DNA from: Promethearchaeota archaeon
Lineage (GTDB): Archaea; Asgardarchaeota; Lokiarchaeia; Sigyniarchaeales; SOKP01
Direction: 5' to 3'
Assembly (NCBI GenBank): GCA_016840165.1
Contig: JAEOSU010000072.1
Coordinates: forward strand, 192,001 to 256,000
Length of the DNA: 64,000 nt
Numbering within the stretch: position 1 is the first letter of the stretch; the number at the start of each line of letters is the position of its first letter. The position numbers and the translations under genes are program-made. Below, one piece after another: positions 8,525-20,100 of this stretch. The notes beneath the pieces are model-generated. The model made no database searches and was not told the DNA's origin. It saw nothing but the letters and a program-made list of their open reading frames with translations.

Positions 8525-10220
8525 GAACCGTGAATGGCGTAAAAATTGGGATGAGGGGCTTTCTGACTTAGATTCTAAGGTTTGGGAAACTTCCTATACT
8601 AGTGCTATTCGCGATACTTTTGATACGTTCCCTGATAAGATCGCTTTAGCTTATCAAGGATTAGAAATAAGCTTTGCTGACGTTGATAAATACTCCAATC
8701 AATTTGCCAATATGTTAATAGAACATGGCTTTAAGAAAGGCGATGTGGTGGGAATAAATTTAGCAAACATTCCAGAATACGTTTATGCCCTTATTGGAAC
8801 TTTAAAAGCCGGATGTATCGTATCAGGTGTAAGTCCACTTATGTCTGATGTGCAAATGCATTATCAAATTAATGATTTAGGAGCAGGAGGTAAAAATGTA
8901 GCTCTAGTAACATTGGATGCAATTTTCGAACACCGATTAACCAAAATTGCCAATAAATTACCACAACTCAAATTAGTTATAGCAACCAGTGTTATAGGAT
9001 CGTTTGATAAGGAATCAAGGGAAAAAATTAAAGCAGTTAAAGAAATTCCTAGTGGAATGGTTACCCCGTTAGAAGGAAAAGTTGTTTTAGATTTCCAAGA
9101 TGATGTTCTAACTAAATATTCCACTGATCTACCTAAAGTGGAGATAAATCCCGATGATATTGCTTTTATTCAATATACTGGAGGAACAACTGGACCGCCA
9201 AAAGGAGCTATGCTAACACACCGTAATTGTGTATCAGATCTTCTTATAGTACAAACTTGGCTTAATTGGGAGAAAGGAAAAGGAATTGCATTATCAGGAT
9301 TTCCTTTTTTTCATATTGCAGGAACTTTTTTCTTAGAAAACTGTATCTATTTAGGTTGGACGCAAGTATTAATCCCTGATCCCAGAGATGCAATGCACAT
9401 TTGCAATGAAATTAAGAAATATCAACCAACTGCCTTGGTTAACGTTCCATCATTATACCAGATATTAATAAACTTCCGCAAATTTAAACGATTAGATCAT
9501 TCAAATCTGGAAGTATGCATATCTGCTGCTTCTCCCTTCCCTGTAGAATCACAAAAAGCACTTGAGAGTATTGTGGGAGAAGGTAAACTTTTGGAAGTGT
9601 ACGGAATGACTGAAACCTCCCCTTTAACTACTATGAATCCAATGTGGGGAAAACGTAAATTAGGATCTATTGGACTACCATTATTAAATACAGAATTAAT
9701 ACTAATGGATCCAGAAACAGGTGATGTCGTCCCATTAGGTCAAGCGGGAGAAATTTGTGTTCGTGGACCGATGGTGATGAAAGGATATTATAATAAACCC
9801 GAAGAGACTAGAAAGGCTATTGATTCCGATGGTTTTATGCACACGGGTGATGTGGGGGTAATGTATGAGGATGGATACCTGAAGATTGTCGATCGAACTA
9901 AAGATATGATAATTGTTGGAGGATTCAAAGTATTTTCAGCAAAAGTTGAAGATACTTTAGTCAAACATCCTGCAGTCGGCATGGTTGCCCTTATAGGCAT
10001 TCCCAATCCAGATAGACCTGGTTCTGAAATCGTTAAAGCTTATATTCAATTAAATCCGGATTATGAATTCGATGGGGATGAGGAAGTTTTACGTGAGGAT
10101 ATACTTAATTTTGCCAAGGAGAATTGTGCTCCTTACGAAGTACCGAAGATTATTGAAATTTCTAAGGAATTACCCCTAACAACAGTAGGTAAAATTGATA
10201 AAAAGGTTCTTCGAAAATAG
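8508..10220 (+). CDS. fadD: Long-chain acyl-CoA synthetase (AMP-forming), paralog 2
   Basis: Same adenylation motifs as paralog 1 and collinear with it. Confidence 0.9.
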   Translation: MTDFYKNREWRKNWDEGLSDLDSKVWETSYTSAIRDTFDTFPDKIALAYQGLEISFADVDKYSNQFANMLIEHGFKKGDVVGINLANIPEYVYALIGTLKAGCIVSGVSPLMSDVQMHYQINDLGAGGKNVALVTLDAIFEHRLTKIANKLPQLKLVIATSVIGSFDKESREKIKAVKEIPSGMVTPLEGKVVLDFQDDVLTKYSTDLPKVEINPDDIAFIQYTGGTTGPPKGAMLTHRNCVSDLLIVQTWLNWEKGKGIALSGFPFFHIAGTFFLENCIYLGWTQVLIPDPRDAMHICNEIKKYQPTALVNVPSLYQILINFRKFKRLDHSNLEVCISAASPFPVESQKALESIVGEGKLLEVYGMTETSPLTTMNPMWGKRKLGSIGLPLLNTELILMDPETGDVVPLGQAGEICVRGPMVMKGYYNKPEETRKAIDSDGFMHTGDVGVMYEDGYLKIVDRTKDMIIVGGFKVFSAKVEDTLVKHPAVGMVALIGIPNPDRPGSEIVKAYIQLNPDYEFDGDEEVLREDILNFAKENCAPYEVPKIIEISKELPLTTVGKIDKKVLRK

Positions 10221-10243
10221 AGTTCAAATTCATTTATTTTTTT

Positions 10244-10798
10244 TTAATTCTTATTATATATTTTAGAGAAACCAGGACATTTTTGCCAATCAGTCTTATA
10301 TTTACATTTTCTACATGTTTTTAGAAAGCTATAGGCATGGTATCCGTTTAAAATCACAACAATCACACCAAATATTAAAATAAATATTATTATATTGAAA
10401 ATTATATCAGCAGATAGGGTCCATATCCACCAAAATAAAAATACAGAGCCCAGTCCTATACAAAATTTTTGGAATATCTTTATTCCCTTTCTTTTAGTTA
10501 AATTTAAGGGGCTGAGAAGAAAAAAGGAAAGAAGAATTATTCCAGACACTAAAAGAGTCATAGAATCGAATAAAAGATAAATCTTAAATATATTAAATAG
10601 CAGAATACCAATTATGGCGGTCGGATATCCGATAAAACATCCAATACAAAAATGCATCGAGCCAATTTTTATTGTATGGTTCTTAAATTTTTCACAATCA
10701 GGGTGATGACTGAACAATAAAGAACCATATTTTTGAAAAAAAGTTTGCTCTAGATCTTTTGTCTTTTTGCGTAACTCATTACTACTAATTTCTGGCAT
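10244..10798 (-). CDS. Membrane protein with Cys/His motifs (DUF2085-like)
   Basis: SHHPDC, HFCIGCFIGY, four TM segments, C-terminal CRKC..CPG. Confidence 0.65.
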   Translation of the reverse strand: MPEISSNELRKKTKDLEQTFFQKYGSLLFSHHPDCEKFKNHTIKIGSMHFCIGCFIGYPTAIIGILLFNIFKIYLLFDSMTLLVSGIILLSFFLLSPLNLTKRKGIKIFQKFCIGLGSVFLFWWIWTLSADIIFNIIIFILIFGVIVVILNGYHAYSFLKTCRKCKYKTDWQKCPGFSKIYNKN

Positions 10799-10830
10799 GA
10801 TTATATCAGTGTTTTAATCACTAATAATGA

Positions 10831-11601
10831 TCATTGATTTGCATTTTTAACTTTCTCTACAATTATTGGGAAAACATCTCCAATTTTATCATGGATGACC
10901 ACATCAGCATATCTATCAATAGGTGTTTCTTGAATATTGATAATTACTAGCTTAGCTCCTAGCGATAAGGCTTTATCAGGATAACTTGCCGCAGGATAGA
11001 CTAATAAAGAACTTCCTAATACAATCATTAGATCACAGTCCTCAATCATTTTATCAGCGTTTATGAGCGTTTCAGATAACAAAGGCTCTCCAAAGAAGAT
11101 CGCGTTTGGTTTCAATAATCCATTACATACCTCACATGAAGGAGAATAATTGCCTTGTAATACTTGATTTATCATAGTAGTAATAGGAAAAACTTTATGG
11201 CATCGTATACACCTTGATTCATTTGCAGTGCCATGAAGTTCAATAATGTTTTTTGTATGGGCTTTCTGATGCAGTCCGTCAATATTTTGAGTAATAACTC
11301 CTTTTAATTTCCCCATTTTCTGTAACTTAGTTATTACCTTGTGTCCTCTGTTTGGTTTTGCACGAAAAATGTTCATACCCATTTCAAGCATAAATTTTAG
11401 GTTTTTGCTTGTATTTGCGACATAAGAATTAATACTGCCAAATTCATAGGGGTCTACTTTTTCCCATAAACCCGTGTTAGGGGATCTAAAATCAGCAATC
11501 CCCGATTCGGTACTCATGCCCGCTCCGGTTAGTATCACAATATTTTGGGCTTTTTGGATTAATTCTACAACTTTTTCGATTTTCTCTTCCAAATTACTCA
11601 T
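10831..11601 (-). CDS. cobB: NAD-dependent protein deacylase (sirtuin)
   Basis: TGAGMSTESGIADFR, TQNIDGLHQKA, ELHG, two CxxC, LGSSL.VYPAA. Confidence 0.95.
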   Translation of the reverse strand: MSNLEEKIEKVVELIQKAQNIVILTGAGMSTESGIADFRSPNTGLWEKVDPYEFGSINSYVANTSKNLKFMLEMGMNIFRAKPNRGHKVITKLQKMGKLKGVITQNIDGLHQKAHTKNIIELHGTANESRCIRCHKVFPITTMINQVLQGNYSPSCEVCNGLLKPNAIFFGEPLLSETLINADKMIEDCDLMIVLGSSLLVYPAASYPDKALSLGAKLVIINIQETPIDRYADVVIHDKIGDVFPIIVEKVKNANQ

Positions 11602-11722
11602 TTTTTATGATTCTCTAAAATAATTCTAAAATTAACTAAAAAAATAGAAAAAATATTTAATACTATTATTTTTATTTAGTGATTATAGTATAATAATATA
11701 TTTTAACTAATAAATTCTTGAA

Positions 11723-12280
11723 ATGGATACTACCATGCAAGCATTAAAGTCCTATATCTATAAGATTTGCGTTGTAGGAAATGGTGGAGTAGGAAAAACC
11801 TCAATGGTGCTACGTTATTGTGAAAATACGTTTAAAGAGAATTATATAATGACAATTGGGTCAAATTTCTCAACAAAAACTGTAAGTTTACCAGATTACC
11901 CCCAATTGCAAGTAAAACTTCAGATTTGGGATCTTGCGGGGCAGAAACATTTCAGCTTTGTACGACCTCCGTTTTATCGAGGTGCAACCGGAATAATATA
12001 TGTTTTTGATTTAACGCGAAGATCTTCTTTTGCCGATTTAAATGAATGGAAAACTGAAGTCCAGAAAGTTGTTGGACAAAAACCTGCTTTGTTAGTCGGG
12101 AATAAAATAGATATCGCAAGAGATGGAAAAAGAGAAGTCGCCTCTCAAGACGGAGAGTCCTTTAAAAATGAGATAAACGCAAAAAAATATTTTGAGACTA
12201 GTGCCAAGGAAGGAGATTCTGTCGAGCAAGTATTTAAACTGCTAACTTTAGAAATTTTAAGGAGTTCTGGAAAAATTTAG
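11723..12280 (+). CDS. Rab/Ras-superfamily small GTPase (eukaryotic signature protein)
   Basis: G1 GNGGVGKT, G2 TIG, G3 WDLAGQ, G4 NKID, G5 ETSAK; FYRGA Rab-like motif. Confidence 0.93.
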   Translation: MDTTMQALKSYIYKICVVGNGGVGKTSMVLRYCENTFKENYIMTIGSNFSTKTVSLPDYPQLQVKLQIWDLAGQKHFSFVRPPFYRGATGIIYVFDLTRRSSFADLNEWKTEVQKVVGQKPALLVGNKIDIARDGKREVASQDGESFKNEINAKKYFETSAKEGDSVEQVFKLLTLEILRSSGKI

Positions 12281-12392
12281 GAATTAATTAGTTATAAACA
12301 TTAAATTCTTATTATGTAATTAATTGTTAAATATTAATTAGTTTGACACTGAAATTTTTATTAAATAATTTTAGAAGTTTGTGAAATAAATC

Positions 12393-13115
12393 ATGATTGG
12401 TGGCGGACAAGTTAAATATGACCGAGCACTTACAGTTTTCTCGCCCGAGGGCCGTCTATTTCAAGTGGAATATGCATTAGAGGCTGTCCGACGGGGCACA
12501 TTAGCTGTTGCCGTGAAATCAAAAGATAGTGTGGCGCTGGCAGCACAAATTAAAATTCCCTCAAAGTTAATGGATGCGGATGAAATTGATAAATTGTTTC
12601 AAGTAGACGAACATATTGGTGTTGCAATTTCTGGATTACATGCGGATTCTCGAATGCTCATAAATTATGCTCGTGTTCAAGCACAATCTTTTCGTTTAAC
12701 TTATGATGAACCAGTTAGATTGAATATGTTGGTTAAATCTATAGCCGATATCAAGCAACAGTATACTCAATTTGGAGGCATACGTCCATTTGGGTGTGCA
12801 CTCTTCTTTATAGCTATTGATCCCGCAGGAACTCAAATTTATACGACTTCTCCAAGTGGAATTTATCGTTCCTTTAAATGTTATGCGTTGGGTAGTGGTG
12901 AAGCCTCAGCACGAGAATATCTTAAAGAGCATTATAAAGAAGGTTTAAATTATGATGAAGTAATGAATTTAACGTTAACTGCTTTAAAGGAATCTATAGA
13001 CGAAGAAGCTACCAAAGAGAACATCCGCTTAGCTTACATCAAATCAGAAGATAATTTGTTTCATATGTGCACTAAAGATGAAGTTGAGCAGCATTTAGCT
13101 AAATTAGCAGAATAA
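12393..13115 (+). CDS. psmA: Proteasome alpha subunit
   Basis: YDRALTVFSPEGRLFQVEYA signature; TQFGGIRPFG. Confidence 0.95.
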   Translation: MIGGGQVKYDRALTVFSPEGRLFQVEYALEAVRRGTLAVAVKSKDSVALAAQIKIPSKLMDADEIDKLFQVDEHIGVAISGLHADSRMLINYARVQAQSFRLTYDEPVRLNMLVKSIADIKQQYTQFGGIRPFGCALFFIAIDPAGTQIYTTSPSGIYRSFKCYALGSGEASAREYLKEHYKEGLNYDEVMNLTLTALKESIDEEATKENIRLAYIKSEDNLFHMCTKDEVEQHLAKLAE

Positions 13116-13257
13116 TTGTTCTAGTTCTTACTATTTCTTTTTAATTAATCATTTTCTCTTGATTAGATTAGTTTATATAAGATACAACATCCTCTAACTC
13201 TATTTTCAAGTCCTCTATAGTTTTTTAAAAAGAAAAAAGAAAAAAAAGAAAAGAAAA

Positions 13258-16200
13258 TTAGGTTAAAACTACTATAATCCCAATAGTTGATGTGTATAAG
13301 ACTAAGCCATCAACAATTAAGGTCCATTGATACCTTACTAAAATATCTCCGACAGAACAATTAAGTAATCCATTAAGCCCCAGAATCTCACCTGAATTTA
13401 AATTGATGGAATCAATAATAGTAAAATTGATACCAAAATATTGAACTGGTCCGACAAAGAAACTATAAGTGCTATTTGATGTAGAATATGCGGGTGGAAC
13501 TTGTATTGAGAAATCAACACCAGATACAGCCGTAATTAAAGTTAAATTGACTTGAATGTTTTGGATCGGAGAGGCAGAATAATTGGTATTAAAATTTTCT
13601 AATTCAATTCGGAAACTAGCGGGATCTGAGGGATAGGTCATTGATTCATCTATTTTAAAATCGAAGTTAAGCGGTAATAAGCTAACTGTTATAGTTAAAT
13701 TGTTTGAGTTCTTTGTACCATAATTATTTTTTGCAATTACATAGTATTCATAAATGCCACTTGTTAAATCATTGATTTGAAGATTTCTTTGGGTTGAAGG
13801 CAGATTTTCAGCAATAAGAGTGTTGTTTTGATATACTGAGTAACTATCAGCAAAGCTTGAAGTACTCCAATTAAGAAGAAAATTTCCATCAATATCTGGA
13901 GTACCAGCAGTTGAAATAAGGGTAAAAGCACCTGGAGGAAAGTTTTCCAAATCTGAATATGCATCAAATGCATCTTTACCATATCCTACTTCTCTAGTGA
14001 AAGCTTCAACAAATCCTGCTAATTGAAGTTCTTGCAATCCTTCTACATTGCTATAGGTAGGAATATAATAGTATATCGAACCTCCTAGGGGATATATTAA
14101 AGTATTTCCATTCCGCCGATTGATAACTGTAAAAAGTTCTTGACTAGCCTCTGAAGTATAGGTATCTCTAGCTGTTTTTGGTCCAATTAATTGTTCTGTT
14201 GATGTCCTGGTGCTATAAAATATTACTTCTCCAAAATGAGTACCATGGCGTACGAAATACATACCTGCCAAAGTTCTAGCTTCTAATCCTCGATATTCAA
14301 CTAAGTCTAATCCAACATATTCTATTCCTTCACCCAAATCGGTTTCAATATAGAATAGATCTCCTTCTTCTGGCCTTTCATGAAAATCATCACCCCTTCT
14401 CCAAGTTGTTGGATTATTTACATGGTAAATATAATTTGCTTCAAGCTGTTGCTCAAACAAGTCTTCTGGATACCTTAATTGTTCGCTAAGCCAAGCGGGG
14501 GCATCTTTCCAATCATACTTCTGGATATATACTTGCCAGAGAAGATATGTAGGATCATCAGTAGATGGATTAAGTGCGGGATTTTTATAAAATTCCATCT
14601 CACCGTTAGTTACATCGATGAGACAGATGCCAAGAAATCTAAGGATGGGAAACATGGCATACGATCCTATATTAAGCGAAGTATAAATTGAAACAGCATA
14701 ATACATTTTACCATTTAAACTGTCAAATACTAGGTAAGGGTCGTTATCAATTCTTAATCCAGGGAGTAGTATTGCCGAAACTCTTTCTTTTACATTACGA
14801 TTCAATAAATAATCATGCTCTCCTTGAAATACATAACCCCATAATCCAAATCCTGCTGTATACCAAAATGCTTCTATTCCAGTAAGCATTCCATCGGGTT
14901 CACCTGTATAATTATATTTATTATTAGGAATACCGGCACCCCATTCTGTATAAAGGAGGATATCATTATCGTAAGCACCTAGTCCTCCAAAGTCTCCTTG
15001 TTGCTCTAAAAATCTCTGACTTTCGGATTCTCCAAAGAATATTGGATAATCCTCTGCCACTCCAAAAATTTCTGAGACATTTACCAATTCTCCTGATGAG
15101 GAATTTAACGCCAAAAATCCCTCAACATGATCATATAGTTCAGTATTAGTAGCAACTGAGTCACCTTCAAATTGAGATATTCTTACTGTCTTAGGAGCAA
15201 CCCAGTATTCAGTTTCATTATAATAAACTATATCTGAATCAGCAAGCCCCTCAAAGGTTGTGCCTATTTTTGCTGCAATAAATTGAACCGCATAGTCTTG
15301 ATCATACTGGCGGATCTGGTTAAGAATATCATTATCAGATGTATTTGAAGCCAATTTTGATAAAGTAAAATTTTCAATTGGTCTATCTTCAAAAATATCC
15401 AATCCAGCACAATCTGAAGTCCATTGGACTTCTCTTTGAAATTTCTTGGCCCATTGCTGATCAAACCATATTTCTGTCCTATTTAGATTAATATAAGTAC
15501 CGATACTAATGAAGAGTGGTGTGATCACTAAGATAGTAAGAATTACTCCAATAATCCCTAACTTCTTATAGTTTTGCCGTGGAATCATAAACTTCGTCGA
15601 ATCGCGTTTGTAGATTATTTTACCAAAAATATATAAAAAGGTACCCACAACAAGTAAACCTATGAATCCAAAAATGAGAGCCCAACTCTGAGTGATATTA
15701 ATTCCATCTAAAGACATTGTTGGCAACGCAAAGAAACCAAGCCCGAGAAATAAACCAATGATGATGATGATATTAGCTAAAACGTAATAGTCATTCCTTC
15801 TTAAATAGATATTTCTTGTAATATTTAGAGCTGCTCGAAAAATAAGAATTGCAAGAATGAAATTAATTATAGGGATTATTAAGTTACCATAAATAAAGAT
15901 CGTAATATAATCATTGTTAGCAGGATTAAAGATAACATTAAACGCATCGGTTAGTATTGTTGGAGAGAGCTCTAATTCGCCATTTTCAAGTAGGTAAATA
16001 ATCCATGAGAACCCTTGATTATTAGAATCTAATAAAAATCCAAATAGGTAGAATATAACAAATCCGATAGTCCACCAAAATATTGCAGACTTCAGATATG
16101 AGGGTTTCCCAAAACGAAGTTTTGTACCAATAATGCTTAATAAATTTTTATCAGGTGGTAGACACATAACTGTGCTTCCTATTAGCGCTCCAATCAATGC

Positions 16201-16458
16201 GGTCTTGTTAAAGAAAAATCTTGTTGACCAAAAGTTCAGAAGATAAATATCTATAAAATCGGAATTCGCCTTATTTTGATACAATTGTATTTGTAGGTTA
16301 ATTGGGGCAAACCAAGAAGGGATTAACCATAAAAAAATAAGTAAAAGTGCAATAGCAATAATAGGTATGGAATATATAAGGTATTTTCGTAGATGAGATT
16401 TCTTTTTCAATGGTTTATACTTAAATCTTCCGTCATTTTCAATATTCGTATTTACCAT
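13258..16458 (-). CDS. UPF0182-family large membrane protein with a C-terminal FN3/Ig-like region
   Basis: N-terminal multi-TM region; DNDPYLVF, LRYPEDLFEQQ..YHV and GNTLIYPLGGSIYY motifs; W..S..A.SY.VY...Y.YYV.AKNNYG FN3-like segment. Confidence 0.75.
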   Translation of the reverse strand: MVNTNIENDGRFKYKPLKKKSHLRKYLIYSIPIIAIALLLIFLWLIPSWFAPINLQIQLYQNKANSDFIDIYLLNFWSTRFFFNKTALIGALIGSTVMCLPPDKNLLSIIGTKLRFGKPSYLKSAIFWWTIGFVIFYLFGFLLDSNNQGFSWIIYLLENGELELSPTILTDAFNVIFNPANNDYITIFIYGNLIIPIINFILAILIFRAALNITRNIYLRRNDYYVLANIIIIIGLFLGLGFFALPTMSLDGINITQSWALIFGFIGLLVVGTFLYIFGKIIYKRDSTKFMIPRQNYKKLGIIGVILTILVITPLFISIGTYINLNRTEIWFDQQWAKKFQREVQWTSDCAGLDIFEDRPIENFTLSKLASNTSDNDILNQIRQYDQDYAVQFIAAKIGTTFEGLADSDIVYYNETEYWVAPKTVRISQFEGDSVATNTELYDHVEGFLALNSSSGELVNVSEIFGVAEDYPIFFGESESQRFLEQQGDFGGLGAYDNDILLYTEWGAGIPNNKYNYTGEPDGMLTGIEAFWYTAGFGLWGYVFQGEHDYLLNRNVKERVSAILLPGLRIDNDPYLVFDSLNGKMYYAVSIYTSLNIGSYAMFPILRFLGICLIDVTNGEMEFYKNPALNPSTDDPTYLLWQVYIQKYDWKDAPAWLSEQLRYPEDLFEQQLEANYIYHVNNPTTWRRGDDFHERPEEGDLFYIETDLGEGIEYVGLDLVEYRGLEARTLAGMYFVRHGTHFGEVIFYSTRTSTEQLIGPKTARDTYTSEASQELFTVINRRNGNTLIYPLGGSIYYYIPTYSNVEGLQELQLAGFVEAFTREVGYGKDAFDAYSDLENFPPGAFTLISTAGTPDIDGNFLLNWSTSSFADSYSVYQNNTLIAENLPSTQRNLQINDLTSGIYEYYVIAKNNYGTKNSNNLTITVSLLPLNFDFKIDESMTYPSDPASFRIELENFNTNYSASPIQNIQVNLTLITAVSGVDFSIQVPPAYSTSNSTYSFFVGPVQYFGINFTIIDSINLNSGEILGLNGLLNCSVGDILVRYQWTLIVDGLVLYTSTIGIIVVLT

Positions 16459-16600
16459 AGAATTTCAGTTTTTTTATAATTAAAATTAAAAATCTTGACT
16501 AACATTAGATTCTATAATAGTGTTAAATTATAAAATGCTTTAATATAAGAAATAACTACCCTTATTAAGGATTTTTCTTATAATATTAACGTGAGTGATT

Positions 16601-16993
16601 ATGGCTAAAAAAAAGAAAATCAGGGAGGAATTTGATACTATTTTTAAAAGCGGAAATGAAAAGGCCATAAAGAAGATGTTAGATAAATATCCATGGTTAT
16701 TGTCTGAAGTATCGAGTGAAATGGAAAAAGATATGGGAGATCAACAGCAAGTTATCGCTGCATTAGGCGTCATGGAGGACGAGCTGGGAGGTGCAGTACC
16801 AGTTGATGAAATCGTATTTAGTTTAAAGTTAGATTTTAATATTCGGCTAAATGATGAGGAAGTGTTAGAAATTTTAAAGAATGTTGAAGAATTAGGGCTA
16901 GTAAAGCGCGATACTGATGGGTGGATACTAACTCGAGAAGGAGGAAGGATCTGTGATGAGTTTTTAAACAAGAATCTAAAAAATAATATTTAA
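16601..16993 (+). CDS. Hypothetical protein with a C-terminal winged helix
   Basis: EVLEILKNVEELGLVKR..DGWILTREGG wHTH pattern; ATG at 16601. Confidence 0.7.
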   Translation: MAKKKKIREEFDTIFKSGNEKAIKKMLDKYPWLLSEVSSEMEKDMGDQQQVIAALGVMEDELGGAVPVDEIVFSLKLDFNIRLNDEEVLEILKNVEELGLVKRDTDGWILTREGGRICDEFLNKNLKNNI

Positions 16994-17139
16994 ATATCTA
17001 CACTAAAACTGGTTTTCAGTTTTTTAACTAGCGTATAATGGATTTAATTTAACTAAAATTATTATACTAATAAATTTATCAAATTATTGGGGCTCTAGTT
17101 TTTTTGAATTTTAAAGCTTTTTGATAAATGGTGTAAAAA

Positions 17140-20100
17140 ATGGAGGAAAAAAATAACAAAAAAGAAGATAATGATGGGCCAGATATAACAAAAGATGCTT
17201 TTTTTTCCGATATGGAGGATATGGAGGAAGAGATCGCTTCTGAAGCATTGAGTATCGTAGAACACGCTTTGTCTCTCATTCAATCAAACTTTTTTGATGA
17301 TGCAATAGAAATAATGCGTCAAGCAATCGGATTATATGAACAAATCGATAGAGAAGCTGAAATTAACGCTTTGAAAAAAAAGATAGCCGATATCTATATA
17401 ATGAAAGAACAAACATTTAAAAAAGAGGAGAGTAAAGAAATTCTTGATATGTCTACAGAAAGTATGAAGGTCATATCACCTAAAGATTCAGCTGAACTTT
17501 ACGCTAATATATTAAAGTTAATAGAAAACGCCAAACGATTGATTAGTTCTAACCAATTTGATAAAGCTTTAGATAATTTTGATGAAGCGATATTAATTTC
17601 ACAGCAGTTAAATGATGAGCCCAAAGTTGAGGAGATAAATAAATATATTGAGGATTGCTACAATAAAAAAGCGCAATTTCTACGCGAAAAAAGAAAAAAA
17701 GAGGAAGTTAAGGTTGAAAGGCAACTTACACCAGAAGAACTGAAAGCTAAAAAACTTAGAGAATTTGAGGAGGCAAAAGAACGGGAAGAAGGGATTTCCA
17801 ATGAAGCATTTGATAAGATAGGAAAAGCCTCAGATTTTGCTAAAATTCATCAATATGACGAGGCTATAGCACTATATCTTGAAGGAATTTCACTTTTTGA
17901 CCAAATCGGTTGGAATAATGAAAGTAAAAAAATCCGGGATACAATTTCATATATAGAAAAGCAAAAAGAAAAGCATATTCAAGAAATTGAGAGAGTAAAA
18001 GCTCAAGAAAAACAGAGAGAAATTTTAGAACAGCAAAAAGCAAAAGAGTTTGTGGAGTTAACAGAAAATAAGGAAGAGAGAATTACAAAAACCAAAGCGG
18101 AAAAGATTGCTCGAATAGAGGCCAAAAGACAGGAAGAACTTCTTTTTCAAAATAATATATCTGGAATGATCGATGAGGCAGAGAAATTAGCAAGACAATA
18201 TGATATTGACATGAAAAAAGCGATTAAGAAAGGAGAATTAATTGAAGAGTGCATTTATCCAGAAGTAATTGAAATTTACGAGGAAGTAAGAAACAGAGTA
18301 AATGAAAAAGGGTGGAAGGATCAAGTAGCAATCTATAGCACTCAAATTGAAAAGTATAAAGAACTATTAGAGAGAGACAATAAAATTAGAGAAATTGAAC
18401 AAGAAAAAGCAAGAAAACAAAAAGAATTTGAAGATTTACTTAGAGTTCAAAAACCTGACGTATTTAATGCTTCGCAAGCAACTCAGATTCCAGAAGTCAA
18501 GAAAGAATGGAGTGAACAGGGAGCTCAAATCAAGGAACAAATTGAATTCTTGGCCAATAAAGCAGAGCGAATGGCACGTGAATATGAATCACAATTTAAG
18601 AAAGCAATTAAAGAAGGTGATCTAACTCTTGAATCAAAATATCCAAACATTATTAATATCTATTCAAAAATTATAGCTATGGCACATGAAAAGGGATTGA
18701 GCGAAGAAGTTGCGATATATAACACTCATATAACAAAATATAGAGATTTATTAGAGAGAGAAAATAAGTTAAAAGAGATCGAGAAGAGGAAATTAGAGGA
18801 AAAAAAAATATTTGAAGATTTTCAAAAGATTAAAAAGATTGATGAGACTGAAACAGAAGTTAGAGAAAAAGTTTACCAAGCTCAGGCTAAGGCTGAAAAG
18901 GAAGAAGGGGAAATACAATTAGAGCATGAAATTGATGATTTAGTTAGTAAAGCGGAAAGAATGGCCCGTGAATATGAAGTTGGAATAAAAAAAGGAAATT
19001 TCGATTTAGAATGTCCTTATCAGCAAATCATAGAGATTTATGACGAAATCAGAAGCAAGGTTTATGCAAGTGGTTGGCAAGGAGAAGCAGAGGTATATAA
19101 GAATCAAATTAAGATATATCAAGAAAAGTTACAGAATGATATTAAATTACGTGAATTAGAAGAAGAAAAACATAAGAAGCAGTTATTATATGAGGAAGCA
19201 ATGAAGGCATCCCAGAAAGACGAATCAGGAAAATATATTGCATTAAAAATGAAAGAAGAAGAGCAAGATCAAACAGATATAATTTTCAATCAGGCTATGG
19301 ATTTGATAAATAAAACTGAAAATGAGGTAAAAAGTTATGAATTAAGCTTGAAAAAGGAAATTCTAACCATTAGTAGTCCCTATGAGAAAGCAATCAAAAA
19401 TTACGAAAATGCTAGAAAATTGCTACTTCAAATCGGATGGAAGGATGAAGCTCTAAAATTAAACGATACTATCAGTTTATATAAACAAAAGAAAGCCCGA
19501 GACGACAATTTGAGAAAAATAGAGACGGAAAAATTAAAAAAGGAGACCGTAAAAGTTCAAAAACTCAGAGAAACCGTAAAGAAGGAAATTTTTATCGAGG
19601 AAGAAAAACGAATTGAACTTCAAAAATTAAAACAGGAAAAGTCAAAAGAAGCAGATTTTGTTTTTGAATTAATTAATAGGGCAGAAAAAATGGCACAGGA
19701 ATACGAAATAAAGAAAAAAGATGATATTTTGAGCATTAAATCACCTTATCAAGAAATTATCAATACATATAAAGTTGCGCAGGAAAAATTTAAAGAGATT
19801 GGATGGACAGAACAAGCATCTCAGTTAGTAAATACTATTAACTACTATATGCAAAAAATGGATGCCGATGAAAGGTTAAGATACTTAGAGCATAAAAGAA
19901 TCAGAGAAGAAGAAGCAGAAATGAAAAAGATGAAGATTGAATCAAAATTAGCAAAGGAAGCTGAGGAGGATTTAAAAAAGCAAAAAGTAAAAGCTCTTGA
20001 AATAAAAAGGATACAACAGTTGGAATATGAAGCCAAAAAAGATCAAGCATTTACCTTTATGGATCTTGCAAAAAAAGAATTAACACAAAACCATTTTGAT

